A stretch of 63,092 bases of DNA, counting the filler, from Bigelowiella natans CCMP2755 (taxonomy: Eukaryota > Protista > Cercozoa), in the NCBI GenBank assembly GCA_000320545.1. It is 6 parts of 6 records of this genome, joined end to end, with 100 filler letters (N's around TTAATTAATTAA, not from the genome) between each part and the next. Parts side by side here need not be neighbours in the genome. Positions count along the whole stretch, not along the records: positions 1 to 6,216 come from ADNK01002542.1; positions 6,317 to 21,234 come from ADNK01001881.1; 4 more parts are not named here. The stretch is one strand, 5' to 3'. Each line of letters starts with the position of its first letter. Position 1 is the first letter of the stretch. A program made the position numbers and the translations under genes. Positions 1-13,603 of the stretch are shown piece by piece. Under the pieces are notes generated by a model that ran no database searches, was not told where the DNA came from, and saw only the letters and a list, made by a program, of their open reading frames with translations.

Positions 1-194
1 CCCTACCCTAACCCTAACCCTAACCCTAACCCTAACCCTAACCCTAACCCTAACCCTAACCCTAACCCTAACCCTAACCCTAACCCTAACCCTAACCCTA
101 ACCCTAACCCTAACCCTAACCCTAACCCTAACCCTAACCCTAACCCTAACCCTAACCCTAACCCTAACCCTAACCCTAACCCTAACCCTAACCC
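1..194 (+). repeat. Telomere array (CCCTAA)n, i.e. TTAGGG on the minus strand
   Basis: About 32 near-perfect CCCTAA units from base 1, ending in CCCGCAACCC. Confidence 0.98.
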
Positions 195-197
195 GCA

Positions 198-277
198 ACC
201 CGAAGTTGCCGCTCCCCGAAGTTGCCGCTCCCCGAAGTTGCCGCTCCCCGAAGTTGCCGCTCCCCGAAGTTGCCGCT
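198..277 (+). repeat. Telomere-adjacent 16-bp tandem repeat (CCCCGAAGTTGCCGCT) x5
   Basis: Five consecutive units; a single unit occurs at about 2539-2554. Confidence 0.95.
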
Positions 278-585
278 GTTGGGGCCCACAAGGTTCATCC
301 AGCTCCGACAATTGCGTCCTGTTGCTCCCGCAGAGGTTTTTTTTGACTGGTGTTCGTATTTTCCCGATTTGATCACGTTGTCGAGCCTGATGAGTGCACA
401 AATTGTGGGTTCTACCCATCCATGAGTGTCATGTCGCACACGAACGAGTGGCTTCAAAGAGAGAAGCATGCATCATCACCTCGAAACACATCGTGATGGA
501 TCCAATGCTGACAACACCTGTGGCCATCAACTCAATGGGCGGTTGTCGAAGGAAACGCACTGCTGCTCAAGTGATGATGCACACT
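259..585 (-). pseudogene. Telomere-truncated duplicate of an exon plus intron of the subtelomeric gene (source about 2536-2860)
   Basis: About 90% identical to 2536-2860. Translates LDNVIKSGKYEHQSKKTSAGATGRNCRSWMNLVGPNSGNFGE versus source LDNVIKSGNYEYQTKKTSAGVMGRNYRSWINLVGPNSGNFGEQ. Confidence 0.85.
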
Positions 586-596
586 CCTCACTAAAA

Positions 597-833
597 ACCG
601 TGACTCTGACCCTCATCCCAGCCCTGGTTTGAAACCCTCACCACTTTCCATGACTTTGGCCTTCACTTTTGCCTTGAAAAAAACCCTGGTCGATTTTTGC
701 GACAAGTTTTCCTCACTTTGACCCTCACTTCGATCGTCACTTTGGTCGTCACTTTGGTCGTGGCCCAGGAGAAAACCCCAACCCTGACCATGACCCTGAC
801 CACAACCTCAACCCTGACCCTAACCATGACCCT
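597..833 (+). repeat. Degenerate interstitial telomeric hexamer tract
   Basis: 6-bp periodicity: CCCCAA CCCTGA CCATGA CCCTGA CCACAA CCTCAA CCCTGA CCCTAA CCATGA. Confidence 0.75.
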
Positions 834-1022
834 TTCTTGTTTTGCCCTTCCTTCTATCTCTGACCATTTAGGTGATGATCCCCGCAAGCGCATTTTTGTT
901 TGCATGTCGCAGCCAAGGGACTCGCACGCATTTCAATTTCCCACCCACCAACGTGCGTGCGGCCTGCGACTTGGACCCGAGGTGCTCCTGTCATGCATTC
1001 ACCTTGATCTCATTTGCGTTTG
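833..1022 (-). pseudogene. Decayed duplicate of the last exon and 3' flank of the subtelomeric gene (source about 1702-1891)
   Basis: Aligns to 1702-1891. HLGSKSQAARTLVGGKLKCVRVPWLRHANKNALAGIIT* versus YLASKAQAVRMLKGGKDEYVGVPELRHANEDALPGIII*; in-frame stop upstream. Confidence 0.8.
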
Positions 1023-1670
1023 ATGTCAAATTGTTTCAGATGTAGCACACTTTTTTCACTTTCATTGATGCTCTGCGACCTGTTCTTTGCATGCATGACC
1101 ACAATTGCTCATTCGGAGATCGCAAAAGGATTGAGGTTGGATGCACAATCACAATTGTCCTTTTGGAGCACGCACATTGAGAATTTGCTTCAAAGACCAA
1201 GTTCAATTGAGCCAAACAAATTGAAGTGCGCAATGACAGCTCTTTGTTGAGCAAAAAAGTGTCGAAAATTTTTCATTGGTTTTTGAGACAGCTCATTTTT
1301 TGTGTCGATGTTGCATGTTTGGGAAAGATGTGCATGTGCACGCTGTTGATCAAGGAGCATGGTTTTCTCACTGCGACTAGACGAGTGCACCATCGTTTGT
1401 TGCACATCCGCCATCACCATTGATCTCATGCCCCGATGAACACTTTGCATTTCTGCCACAATGGCAACTCTGTTTTTGTGCACATTGATCACCACGTGTC
1501 TGCGCGCACATTCAGTGAGAAATGTCAAATTGTTTCAGATGTAGCACACTTTTTTCACTTTCATTGATACTCTGCGACCTGTTCTTTGCATGCATGATCA
1601 CAATTGCTCATTCGGAGATCGCAAAAGGATTAGGGTTAGATGCTTAATCACAATTACCCTTTTGGAGATC
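1023..1670 (+). repeat. Direct repeat about 145 bp (1023-1168 and 1522-1667), about 500 bp apart
   Basis: ATGTCAAATTGTTTCAGATGTAGCACAC...CCTTTTGGAG present twice. Confidence 0.9.
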
Positions 1671-1736
1671 GCAAAGGGGTTTGCGTAGGTCTGCATTTGT
1701 GTTTCTTACTTTGCCCTTCCCCCCTCCTATGACTAT

Positions 1737-2062
1737 TTAGATGATGATCCCCGGAAGCGCATCTTCATTTGCATGTCGTAGCTCAGGAACTCCCACGTAT
1801 TCATCTTTCCCACCCTTCAACATGCGTACGGCCTGCGCCTTCGACGCGAGGTACATGTATCGTCTATTCACCCCAATCTCATTTACGTTTTGGGCAATTT
1901 CGAATTCCTCAATGTTGTAGGCATTTCCCATGTCACCATTAAGTTTCGCGCCGTATCTAAGAGGAAATATCAAAAATATTGCGATGAGATGGCTGGTGTA
2001 CTACCATGTGCTATTTAGCCGTCACCTCGCAGAGATAGACATATACGTAGAAAAACGAAAAA

Positions 2063-2113
<51 letters not shown>

Positions 2114-3116
2114 AGAGAATTAAAGGAAAAATATGGATAAAAAAGAGGAAAGATTCAGAAATAGGAGAAATAAGATTGCTGTTAGCAGTTAAATATTACC
2201 TTTCCAATGGAACAACATTTTCGTTCGAAGGGTCAAGGTACTGAACCTCTGTGAATTTTATACGATAGCACTGCTCTAGGAAAGCTGTTGTATCGTCGCT
2301 GCCATGGTTCTTTACAGGGAAGTGACACATTACGTAAACATACGCTTTTATGACCGAGCCCTTTATATACCTGATTATTGCGATGGCCACAATGGTTATG
2401 ATATCTGATAGAGATGTTGTTTTTGTTGTTGTATTTATGCTGCACATTGTGCATCCGTGATCAGTTGTCTAGGATAAAATTATTTGTAATATGAACTATT
2501 AATCTTAGATGACAGTGTCTCGTCGCAGATGTACTGCTCCCCGAAGTTGCCGCTGTTAGGGCCCACAAGGTTTATCCAGCTCCGATAATTGCGTCCCATT
2601 ACTCCCGCAGAGGTTTTTTTTGTCTGGTATTCGTAGTTTCCCGATTTGATGACGTTATCGAGCCTGATGAGTGCATAAATTATGGGTGCTACCTATCTAT
2701 GAGTGTCATATCGTATACGAACGAGTGGCTTTAAAGAGAGAAGCATGTATCATCACCTCGAAACATATCGTAATGGACACAATGCTGACAACACTTGTGG
2801 CCATCAACTCAACAGGCGGTTGTCGAAGGAAACGTACTGCTGCTCAAGTGATGATACACGCCGAGGAAAATCTCTTTGTGTTACGGTATTTTGTTCTTTG
2901 CTAAATTGAAAAAAATATGTTAACCGCTTTCGGAAGGCTAATTTGAAGGTCTGATCCTTTTCGCCCAATCCGATGAAATCTAGTCGGTCTCTTTCTGGCA
3001 TCTCAGAGATGTGTCTATTGATTTGGGTATGATATCAGCAACCAACCGGATATATATATGGAACGCTAGCAGAACATCAGATATTGGAAGCAAGAAAGAC
3101 GATAAGCAAAGAACGC

Positions 3117-3150
<34 letters not shown>

Positions 3151-4397
3151 GCAATACACACAAACACACACGCGCATAGAGAAAGGAGGGGAGGGAGAAA
3201 TTAAAAGGGGATATTTAAAAGAGAACAACGAATTAACGAGAAACGACATAACGATTGCTTGCGTACACACTATAGAGTTTCTCACGCATGCATAGTCATC
3301 TAAAACGGCAGCAACATTACTTGAGATCCTCTGAGAGCGGTTGCACAGAACCCTCGACATGACTATAGTAAAAACACTGATCGGTGCTCTTAAACACGTA
3401 GTCCTCCTCATCATCATTTGTCGCGATAAGGGACTTGCCGTTGATTCGGTCAACATTGAACACCTCCTCATCGGCGCCGTTGAGGCTTGGAGGGTTCGGA
3501 ACGATGGTTTGCATCGTTCGCTCGGTGCGGAGAATGTCCATGAAGAAAGTAGCATGCAGCTTCTTTAGGTGCATGTAGTATGTGGCGGAGGACTCAGGCA
3601 GATACTTGGAGACGGAGCACTCTATCCCGTCACTGGTGTCTATCTTGTAGGAGATCATGTGCGCATCTGCCACGTTCCGATCTGAGGAGTAAAAAGCAGT
3701 TCCGGAGAGAATGGTGTCATTGGTCAATTTCTCGTCGCAGAGAATAAAACGCCCCTTCGCCAAGCCAGCTGTGAAGTAAGCCATGTTATCTGCATATTTG
3801 TTCCGATCGCTCTGCGCCCAATCACACGTCTGTGCAGCCCTGGAAAGCGCCTTCTTCAGCCTATCCGTTCTTCCTAAGGGAGATCTTGAGCCTCCAAGGG
3901 GGCACACCCTAGACAGTAAACAAGGGATAAAAAATATTAAGCATCAGCAGCGCGGGGGGAAAATAAAAGGAACACGCCAATGATGACGATGACGATGATG
4001 CTCTGACGATGGCATATTTCTATGGCCTCCCGTGCAAATCTGAAGCATTAATAAATTTGCAATTATTCCTTACCATTGCAGGCCGTTATTTGCATGAACG
4101 ATGCATTCGAAACACCGGCCGGTGTGCAAAGAGCCGTCTCCCTCATCATGATGAGTTGTCGTCTCTAGTGCCTGTTCTGGCGTATCGGGTGCTATGATCT
4201 CGTAGAGACCCTTCTTCGGATTTTGAAGCTGCACATTCTGAAAAAACGATGGTGGTGATGATGATACTGAGGTGCTTTTAATGAGAATGAACCCGCGCGT
4301 TGGATCAAAAACTAATCTCGCTGTAGTCTTAACATTCAGTATGAACCCATACGCATAAATATACACTAATGGAAGGAGAGTCAGACAGACAGACACA

Positions 4398-4454
<57 letters not shown>

Positions 4455-4750
4455 GGAGAGAAAGAATAAAAAAGAGAAAAAATGATGACGCACAGATAAT
4501 AACACTTGCCAGCACCGACAACGATACAACGACTATCCGTATGCGGGCTAAGACGCGCTACAAAACACCAAGAATGACGGCAGTAGATGGCCAAACACGT
4601 GTCTATACCTGGTACACAAGATAACTAGGTTTCGCCAGGAGGGTCTCGAAATTATTCTTTGTTTGCGTAGGATACGCAACATATGCAACATCTAGCATGC
4701 CTGAGTAACAACATAACCGCAAACGACGTCAAGGGCAAGAGGGAGCGAGG

Positions 4751-4802
<52 letters not shown>

Positions 4803-5354
4803 AAGAGAGACCCTGAAAATCGTTGAAAGTTTCATGGTTTAAACGTGATGCCCATGATCATGATGCTGGTAATTAAATTCATTTAGAAAACGTCTTTTCG
4901 AGTTATTATCCTTGACACTCATATTTGCAGATGCAATACATACGGATAACTTTGAAAATATTTCATATGCGTATTGACACATTATTTATACCCGGTAGCT
5001 CAAATTGGTTGGCCTCAGGGAGATCGGAGGGAGGTAAGATGTCTGGAATTCTGTCTTCTTGAAATGATTTCATGTCGCCTAAATACTCATTTGAGACGGC
5101 ATTGCCGCCGACTGAAAAATATTGCGTAACAAGTCTGTTATCGGCGTGGCGGAGCCGAAAACCCAGTATACCTGATCAGGTGACATTTTCATCTTTAAAA
5201 ATGGTTGAAATGAGTTTCCCCCCGCAACACAATCGGCATCGTCATCATTTTTGTCATCATTACCATCATCATCAACAGTAACAACTATATCGGCACCGTG
5301 ATCGCTAATCCCAAAACGAAATTATTATAAATTATAATAGAATAGAAACGTTAG

Positions 5355-5394
<40 letters not shown>

Positions 5395-6000
5395 TCAAAT
5401 ACCAATACATTTATAAAGAGAATATGTATGGAAAAAAAATATTACAGTCGATATTATAGAAAGTTTCTGTTTCAAGTACCACCTTGATATGATTGAGGTA
5501 CTGTATATACATTTCCATTCGGAATGGTCTTCTCGGATATCAGTGCAACATTTGGCTTCATATCACACACTGCGATGTTGATAATTTCGAAATTAAGTGC
5601 TTTTATGTATTTATTATTGATAGTCTGGATCGCCGACTTCATCGTCATCACCTCACGAAGTCCCGCTAACATTAATATTCTGCGAGCCAAAAAATATAAA
5701 TAAGAAAAATAATGATGACGGCGTAGCTAAGAGACAAACTTTTGGAAGAAAACTAGATGCGAAAACATAGAAAATGTGGAGGTTCAACATGCAAGAAGAA
5801 TTAAAAACGGTAGTATATTCTGCACCTGTTAGTTGTCAAGGGACACCCGTGTTCTTGTGTGCATGTTGTGCATGCTATGTTCTCTGGTCTTTCCATGGGA
5901 TTGGGTACGAAAGGAGCTGGCATATCATTTTGGCTGCCGGCTGCGATGTCAAGCATATAATACAATTTGAGGAGCTTAGGAACATTTCTCTATTCTGGAA
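1737..6000 (-). CDS. Multi-exon hypothetical protein (subtelomeric gene); 5' end uncertain, close to a gap
   Basis: Series of minus-strand open exons (about 5830-5990, 5475-5670, 4070-4240, 3320-3910, 2835-3010, 2540-2665, 2195-2260, 1737-1960) separated by microsatellite-containing introns; no recognisable family. Confidence 0.6.
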
Positions 6001-6020
6001 TGTTGCTAACGAGAGAGGAC

Positions 6021-6066
<46 letters not shown>

Positions 6067-6216
6067 CGTAGTCTTCTATTGTGTGTGCGAGCCGCGCGCG
6101 CGTGTGAGCCGTTTTTGTTAAGGGTCTAGGCTATCAGCATTCGAATAAGGCACCAATAATGCTACATCTGACAACAAACTTCTCTTCTATTTTATGTCCT
6201 TCCCCCCCCCCCCCCC

Positions 6217-6316
6217 NNNNNNNNNNNNNNNNNNNNNNNNNNNNNNNNNNNNNNNNNNNNTTAATTAATTAANNNNNNNNNNNNNNNNNNNNNNNNNNNN
6301 NNNNNNNNNNNNNNNN
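6217..6316. other. Assembly gap with TTAATTAATTAA spacer
   Basis: N44-TTAATTAATTAA-N44; the same pattern occurs at all five gaps. Confidence 0.95.
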
Positions 6317-6363
<47 letters not shown>

Positions 6364-6449
6364 ATCATAATAATATTAAGTATTACTATTTGTATCATTA
6401 ACATGCCAAAAAAAGTCACAGCGATCATCCACACTGAGGGAAAAGAAGC

Positions 6450-9323
<2,874 letters not shown>

Positions 9324-9624
9324 GACGATGAAATGTTACATGACTACTGCGAGCACTTTTATCCACGAACGACGCCAGTTTACTATCACGTCGTCAGTAG
9401 CGGCGATTACTCCGTGCAAATCGTATTAGTAGTTGTAGTAGCGGTAGTAATACTATCCGCTACGAGTATACAGTAGAGGAGATAGAGCGCGAAAGCCCCT
9501 CCCCCCCCCCCTCTGCACCACGCGCGCACCTTTTAAGGGGCGAAAATGAACGGTTGCTCTTTGCTTGTACTTTATAGGTGGAGGTTGGAGGCTCACAGAG
9601 ATAGAAACCCTAGCCAGACGGTGA

Positions 9625-9700
<76 letters not shown>

Positions 9701-9859
9701 AGTGTGTGCATTTTTAAATAAATTAGTGGCGTTTGGTTTGGTTTTCTATGATGTTCGTCCACAACGTATGTACCCCTTGCATGGACCCCTTCTGGTCGTT
9801 ATATATTACTGTTGTTACTATTAAATACTATCATTGTTGATGTTGTTATTGTCATTCTC

Positions 9860-10790
9860 ATGCACAACGGGCATTCTGTACACGATGCCCAGGCTCTGGT
9901 GCTGTATTACAGTGCCCTAATACTTCCATACATGCTATGGGGTACACTAGGTACGTAATGATGATGCATCATCATCATCATCGTCATCGTCGTCGTCATC
10001 ATCATTCTGTTGTCGTATATGCCGTGATAACTGATGTCGGGAACTAAGAACTTCCTAGAGGACTTTTTCAAGGCACTCATCGATTCTTCTCCTCGCTGAT
10101 TCTCCGATAATTCGAAGCTGATTTCTCATCTGCCACTACGTGCTGTGGATCGTCGTCAGGCTTGCTGATAGAAGAAGGCATTGAGCAGGAGGCCACTATT
10201 GTCATGAAAGCTGCTAGTTGCACGATCGACTTCTGGGAAGGTGATAGGAGTGCTGCCCGTATGTGTTATGTTGTGCTGTTGGAAATGATACAAATACGTT
10301 GAGTGAGCACTTGTGCGCGTGCATACGCGTGCGTAGGTAGGGAGAGAAATAGAAATAGAGGGTCATGAGGAGAGGAAAGAGCTCTTTCCTCGCTCCTTCT
10401 CTTCTCTTCATCAACTTACGATTACGGTGATAACATCGCCATCAGGCCTGTGGGAAGCTGTGGCACCGGTAGCGCTCGGGTTTCGATTCCTTCTCCTATC
10501 CCACTTCCTTGGAATGACTCGGTGTTTCCAGGAAAAATGGTGTGGGGCACATTCGGTAGTAAAACGTCCAACCTGCTTGTTGATATGCTCGATGATAACA
10601 CATGTTACGCTGTGTGTGTTGGTGTTGTAGTACAAATATGAACTATGATGAAACAAGACACATATCTCGCATCCTTGTAACATCCAATAATTAGGGTTTT
10701 CATCATGAGCCTGGGGAGGAGGGTAGCCTCCTCCATCCTGGTTTGTAAACGATCATCGCTGTCATGGTTGCTAGCATGATGCTGGCTGTT
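9860..10790 (-). CDS. Possible small spliced hypothetical gene or pseudogene
   Basis: Exon-like minus-strand segments (QVGRFTTECAPHHFSWKHRVIPRKWDRRRNRNPS...) with splice-like ends; no family recognised. Confidence 0.25.
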
Positions 10791-10859
10791 TCTCTGGAAA
10801 TTCTGTTCTAATTGTAATTCGTCTGTTGATGTTGTTGCTTGCCAAGCCAGCAAGGCTGG

Positions 10860-11800
10860 TTGGCTTGTCGTCATCAAGCATGAATGCAAAGTGATCATCT
10901 AGATCATTGCATTGGGGCTTTCTGAGAGGAAAAGTGCACATTTGTGTGGAATTCGAGATTTTCTACGGATTGCATGTGTCGCTCACATGCTCATCATGCA
11001 CACAGCTAGACAGCTTGTGATGACCACATGGACACAGCTAGATAGACAGCATGCAATGATGTGCACGTGCACAATGCTAGAATGCTGCTAGCAATGTGCA
11101 TGTCTAGATGTGTGAGACGGATGTGATGAAGAATTAAAATTTTTCAATGGTCATCCTGATGTAGCTGTGCAATGCAGCGGCTACAGCGCGAATGTTGTGT
11201 CTGTTGGTTTCTGCCACCACGTGCTTCATGCATTTGAAAGCGTCCTCATGCGACCGATGTTGTCGCGCGCTGCGCGCAACAGTTCTTGAGTCCTTTTCAG
11301 CCTTTGTCAGCCGGTTCGTCGTGTCGATGTCTAGATGTGTGCGTGACATTGCTGCGCACAGCTAGCTAGCTAGCATGCCACAGCAGCATGCAACATGGCC
11401 AAGCAACTAAGCAACGCTGAAAGTTCACGTTCTAGCTAGCTAGCGTTCTAGCGTTGCTAGGTTGCCACGGTGCGTGCGATCTGCTAGCTAACTCAGCAGC
11501 GATGCAATTGGCTTTTGTCTAGTTGTCTGTGCAGCGCCGCATGCAATGCACCACGATGCCACGATTCGATGCTGTCCAGCTAGCCAGTACTAGCTAGCTA
11601 GCTAGACATTGTGATGCGTGGCAATGGCTGACTCAGTGCAGTCGCCTGCGATGCTCAGCTGCAGCAGAGTAGCACATGCTAGCATGTCTCAAGAAGGTTC
11701 TCAGAATGTTCCGCAAGGCTAGGAACATTCCTAGAACAGGATGAGAATGTTCGCAGTGCGCTCACAGAATGCACCACATGCACAAGTTGCAATTGCAATT
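10860..11800. other. TpA-depleted, CTAG-retaining intergenic tract
   Basis: About 25 surviving TpA are in CTAG; most other survivors are in CTA or TAG; the tract is rich in TGCA/CATG/CACA. Confidence 0.85.
11111..11250 (+). repeat. Dispersed repeat copy 1 (partner about 14311-14450)
   Basis: TGTGAGACGGATGTGATGAAG...GTCATCCTGATGTAGCTGTGC...CATGCATTTGAAAGC matches TATGAGACGGATGTAATGAAG...GTCATCCTAATGTAGCTATGC...CATGCATTTGAAAGC. Confidence 0.85.
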
Positions 11801-12009
11801 CAAATAGCTCAATTAGCTATCAACCTACAACATGACCGCATGACATGCCATAACTGTGCATGCACCACACAACGTACATTTACGTGAGCCACGCACTCTG
11901 AGTTACACGATTGACTTCATCATCATTACATGGCCAACATGACAACTGGAGTATTGTTTCTGATGAAAATGTAACGTGCCTAGTGTTGAACAGAAGTTGA
12001 ACACATGCA

Positions 12010-12883
12010 TCAATTTTTGGCTTCACGGGTGGTCACCTTTGCAATGGTGTGTTCCCACTTAAATTTGTTATCTCCAACAGTACATTGAACAATGGAAAGA
12101 ATGACTTCCTTGTCCTCATCGTTTTCCTCGATTTCTTTGAACAGTTTGACTGCTTGGACATAAGTCGGCTGGTCAGCTTGGAATATCAAGGTGATTTCAT
12201 CAGTTTTGCTGTCATCATCTTCCATGCAAACGAGAGCACTGACATCCGTCTCGGTGCTATCCTCATATTCAGGGTAGGAGAGGACGAGGTCGTACTTTTT
12301 GACGACTGGCTGGTAGATGTTATCGTGTCCAGGGCACTACAGGAAATAAATCACGCATACTTAATTATGCACACAGAAACTACAAACAAACACATCGACA
12401 CACATACACACATACACACAGTACACACACACAAGTTAGGTGAACGTAGCGAATAAAATTTAAACTAGTTCAGCTGATTCTCGATTCTTACCATATGCTG
12501 GTATTTCTTGTCCACTTTCAGAAGATCCTTCGCTACGATGTTACACTTGACGTGGCCTACATTCATCACAATTTAAAAGTCCATCAGACACTCTTACGAA
12601 AGAGAGTACAAAAAGCATGATGACATGATATCTGGACTCACCGAAACAAAAATCAGTAGAAAGATCTTTTAAACAAAGGCAAATACAGACTCTCAAAAAG
12701 ATACGTAAATGAGCAACCAAAAACTGGTGCCAAAAAATAGAAATTGACATTACCATGCTTTCCCGGCTTAGCGAAAGTAGCCTTTACGACGCTGGTAGGC
12801 CTTCCCTTCAGCATGAGGTAGGTTCCAGGCTTCACATGGGACCCTTCAATACCCGTTAGACCTTCGACTTCCTTTTGATCCAT
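12010..12883 (-). CDS. eIF5A: Divergent translation factor eIF5A (3 exons: 12754-12883, 12492-12556, 12010-12336; 173 aa)
   Basis: Spliced product contains GTYLMLKGRPTSVVKATFAKPGKHGHVKCNIVAKDLLKVDKKYQHMCPGHDNIYQPVV, with the GKHG hypusination motif and SH3-like N-domain pattern; canonical GT-AG introns. Confidence 0.88.
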
Positions 12884-13421
12884 TTTTTAGGGTGTACTTG
12901 GAGAAGGTAGGGGGAAGGAGGTTGTGTTGTGCCGTGAAAGTTGAATTCAGATGTTATTAGCTCCGGAAAAACCCAGTCAGTGTCATTTAAAGCTGAAATC
13001 CATTGCACTTAGTATCTACGTCATGCTTCCAATTCACATTTTAGATTGATTTTGCATAGGCACCAGATACAGCTGCAATCAATACGAAATGTAATGTGAC
13101 AGGTCACGGAGCATTCCCTTTAAGACTCAAAGAGTGGCAATCTGTGCAGTGTCTCATCTAGGTACACTATAATTTTTGCCTTTTTTACTCAAGAATGTCA
13201 TTTATCCCATTGTTCGTATGGTTCTAGATTTCGGGGAAAATTTCACTAAGGCTGAATATTTACTTCGAAATCGACTGAGTTTTTTTTAGGGTTGCGCTAT
13301 TTCTGTTTTTCCAGCTGGAAAAGGCCTGCATTATTAGGTCTATGGGATCTTTTAAATTAAATCCATACAAGAAGAGACTCAGCCGACATATTAAAGACCG
13401 GCAAAAAAAAATGAGTACATG

Positions 13422-13461
13422 TAGATCTACGTCGTAGATCTAGATCTAGATCTAGATCTAG
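13422..13461. repeat. Palindromic (TAGATC)n array in the divergent intergenic region between eIF5A and the NEET gene
   Basis: GTAGATCTACGTCGTAGATCTAGATCTAGATCTAGATCTAG. Confidence 0.8.
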
Positions 13462-13603
13462 TTGTTTTTTTCAGTCGCGTTCTCGGATTTTTCCTCTACA
13501 GAGTGTCGGAACCCAAACCTTAAATGTATTTTTCCCATCGGAACCCAGGAACAAATGGACCGTTCAATACACAAAATCAATTAGTCATCCTCATACCCTG
13601 ACA

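Noticed and set aside
198-277. CRISPR-like array
   Set aside because: Head-to-tail repeats without spacers, in a eukaryotic context
3-419. 138-aa ORF with (LG)n tail
   Set aside because: Translation of the telomere and 16-bp repeats
259-2860. Classical fungal RIP (CpA->TpA) in the inner copies
   Set aside because: Disfavoured, not excluded: the inner copies are open exons with ordinary TpA content, while the outer copies are truncated and nearly TpA-free, and fossil telomere repeats also lost TA
6261-6272. TTAATTAATTAA motif recurring five times
   Set aside because: Always centred in N-runs; an assembly spacer with stops in all frames, not genomic sequence
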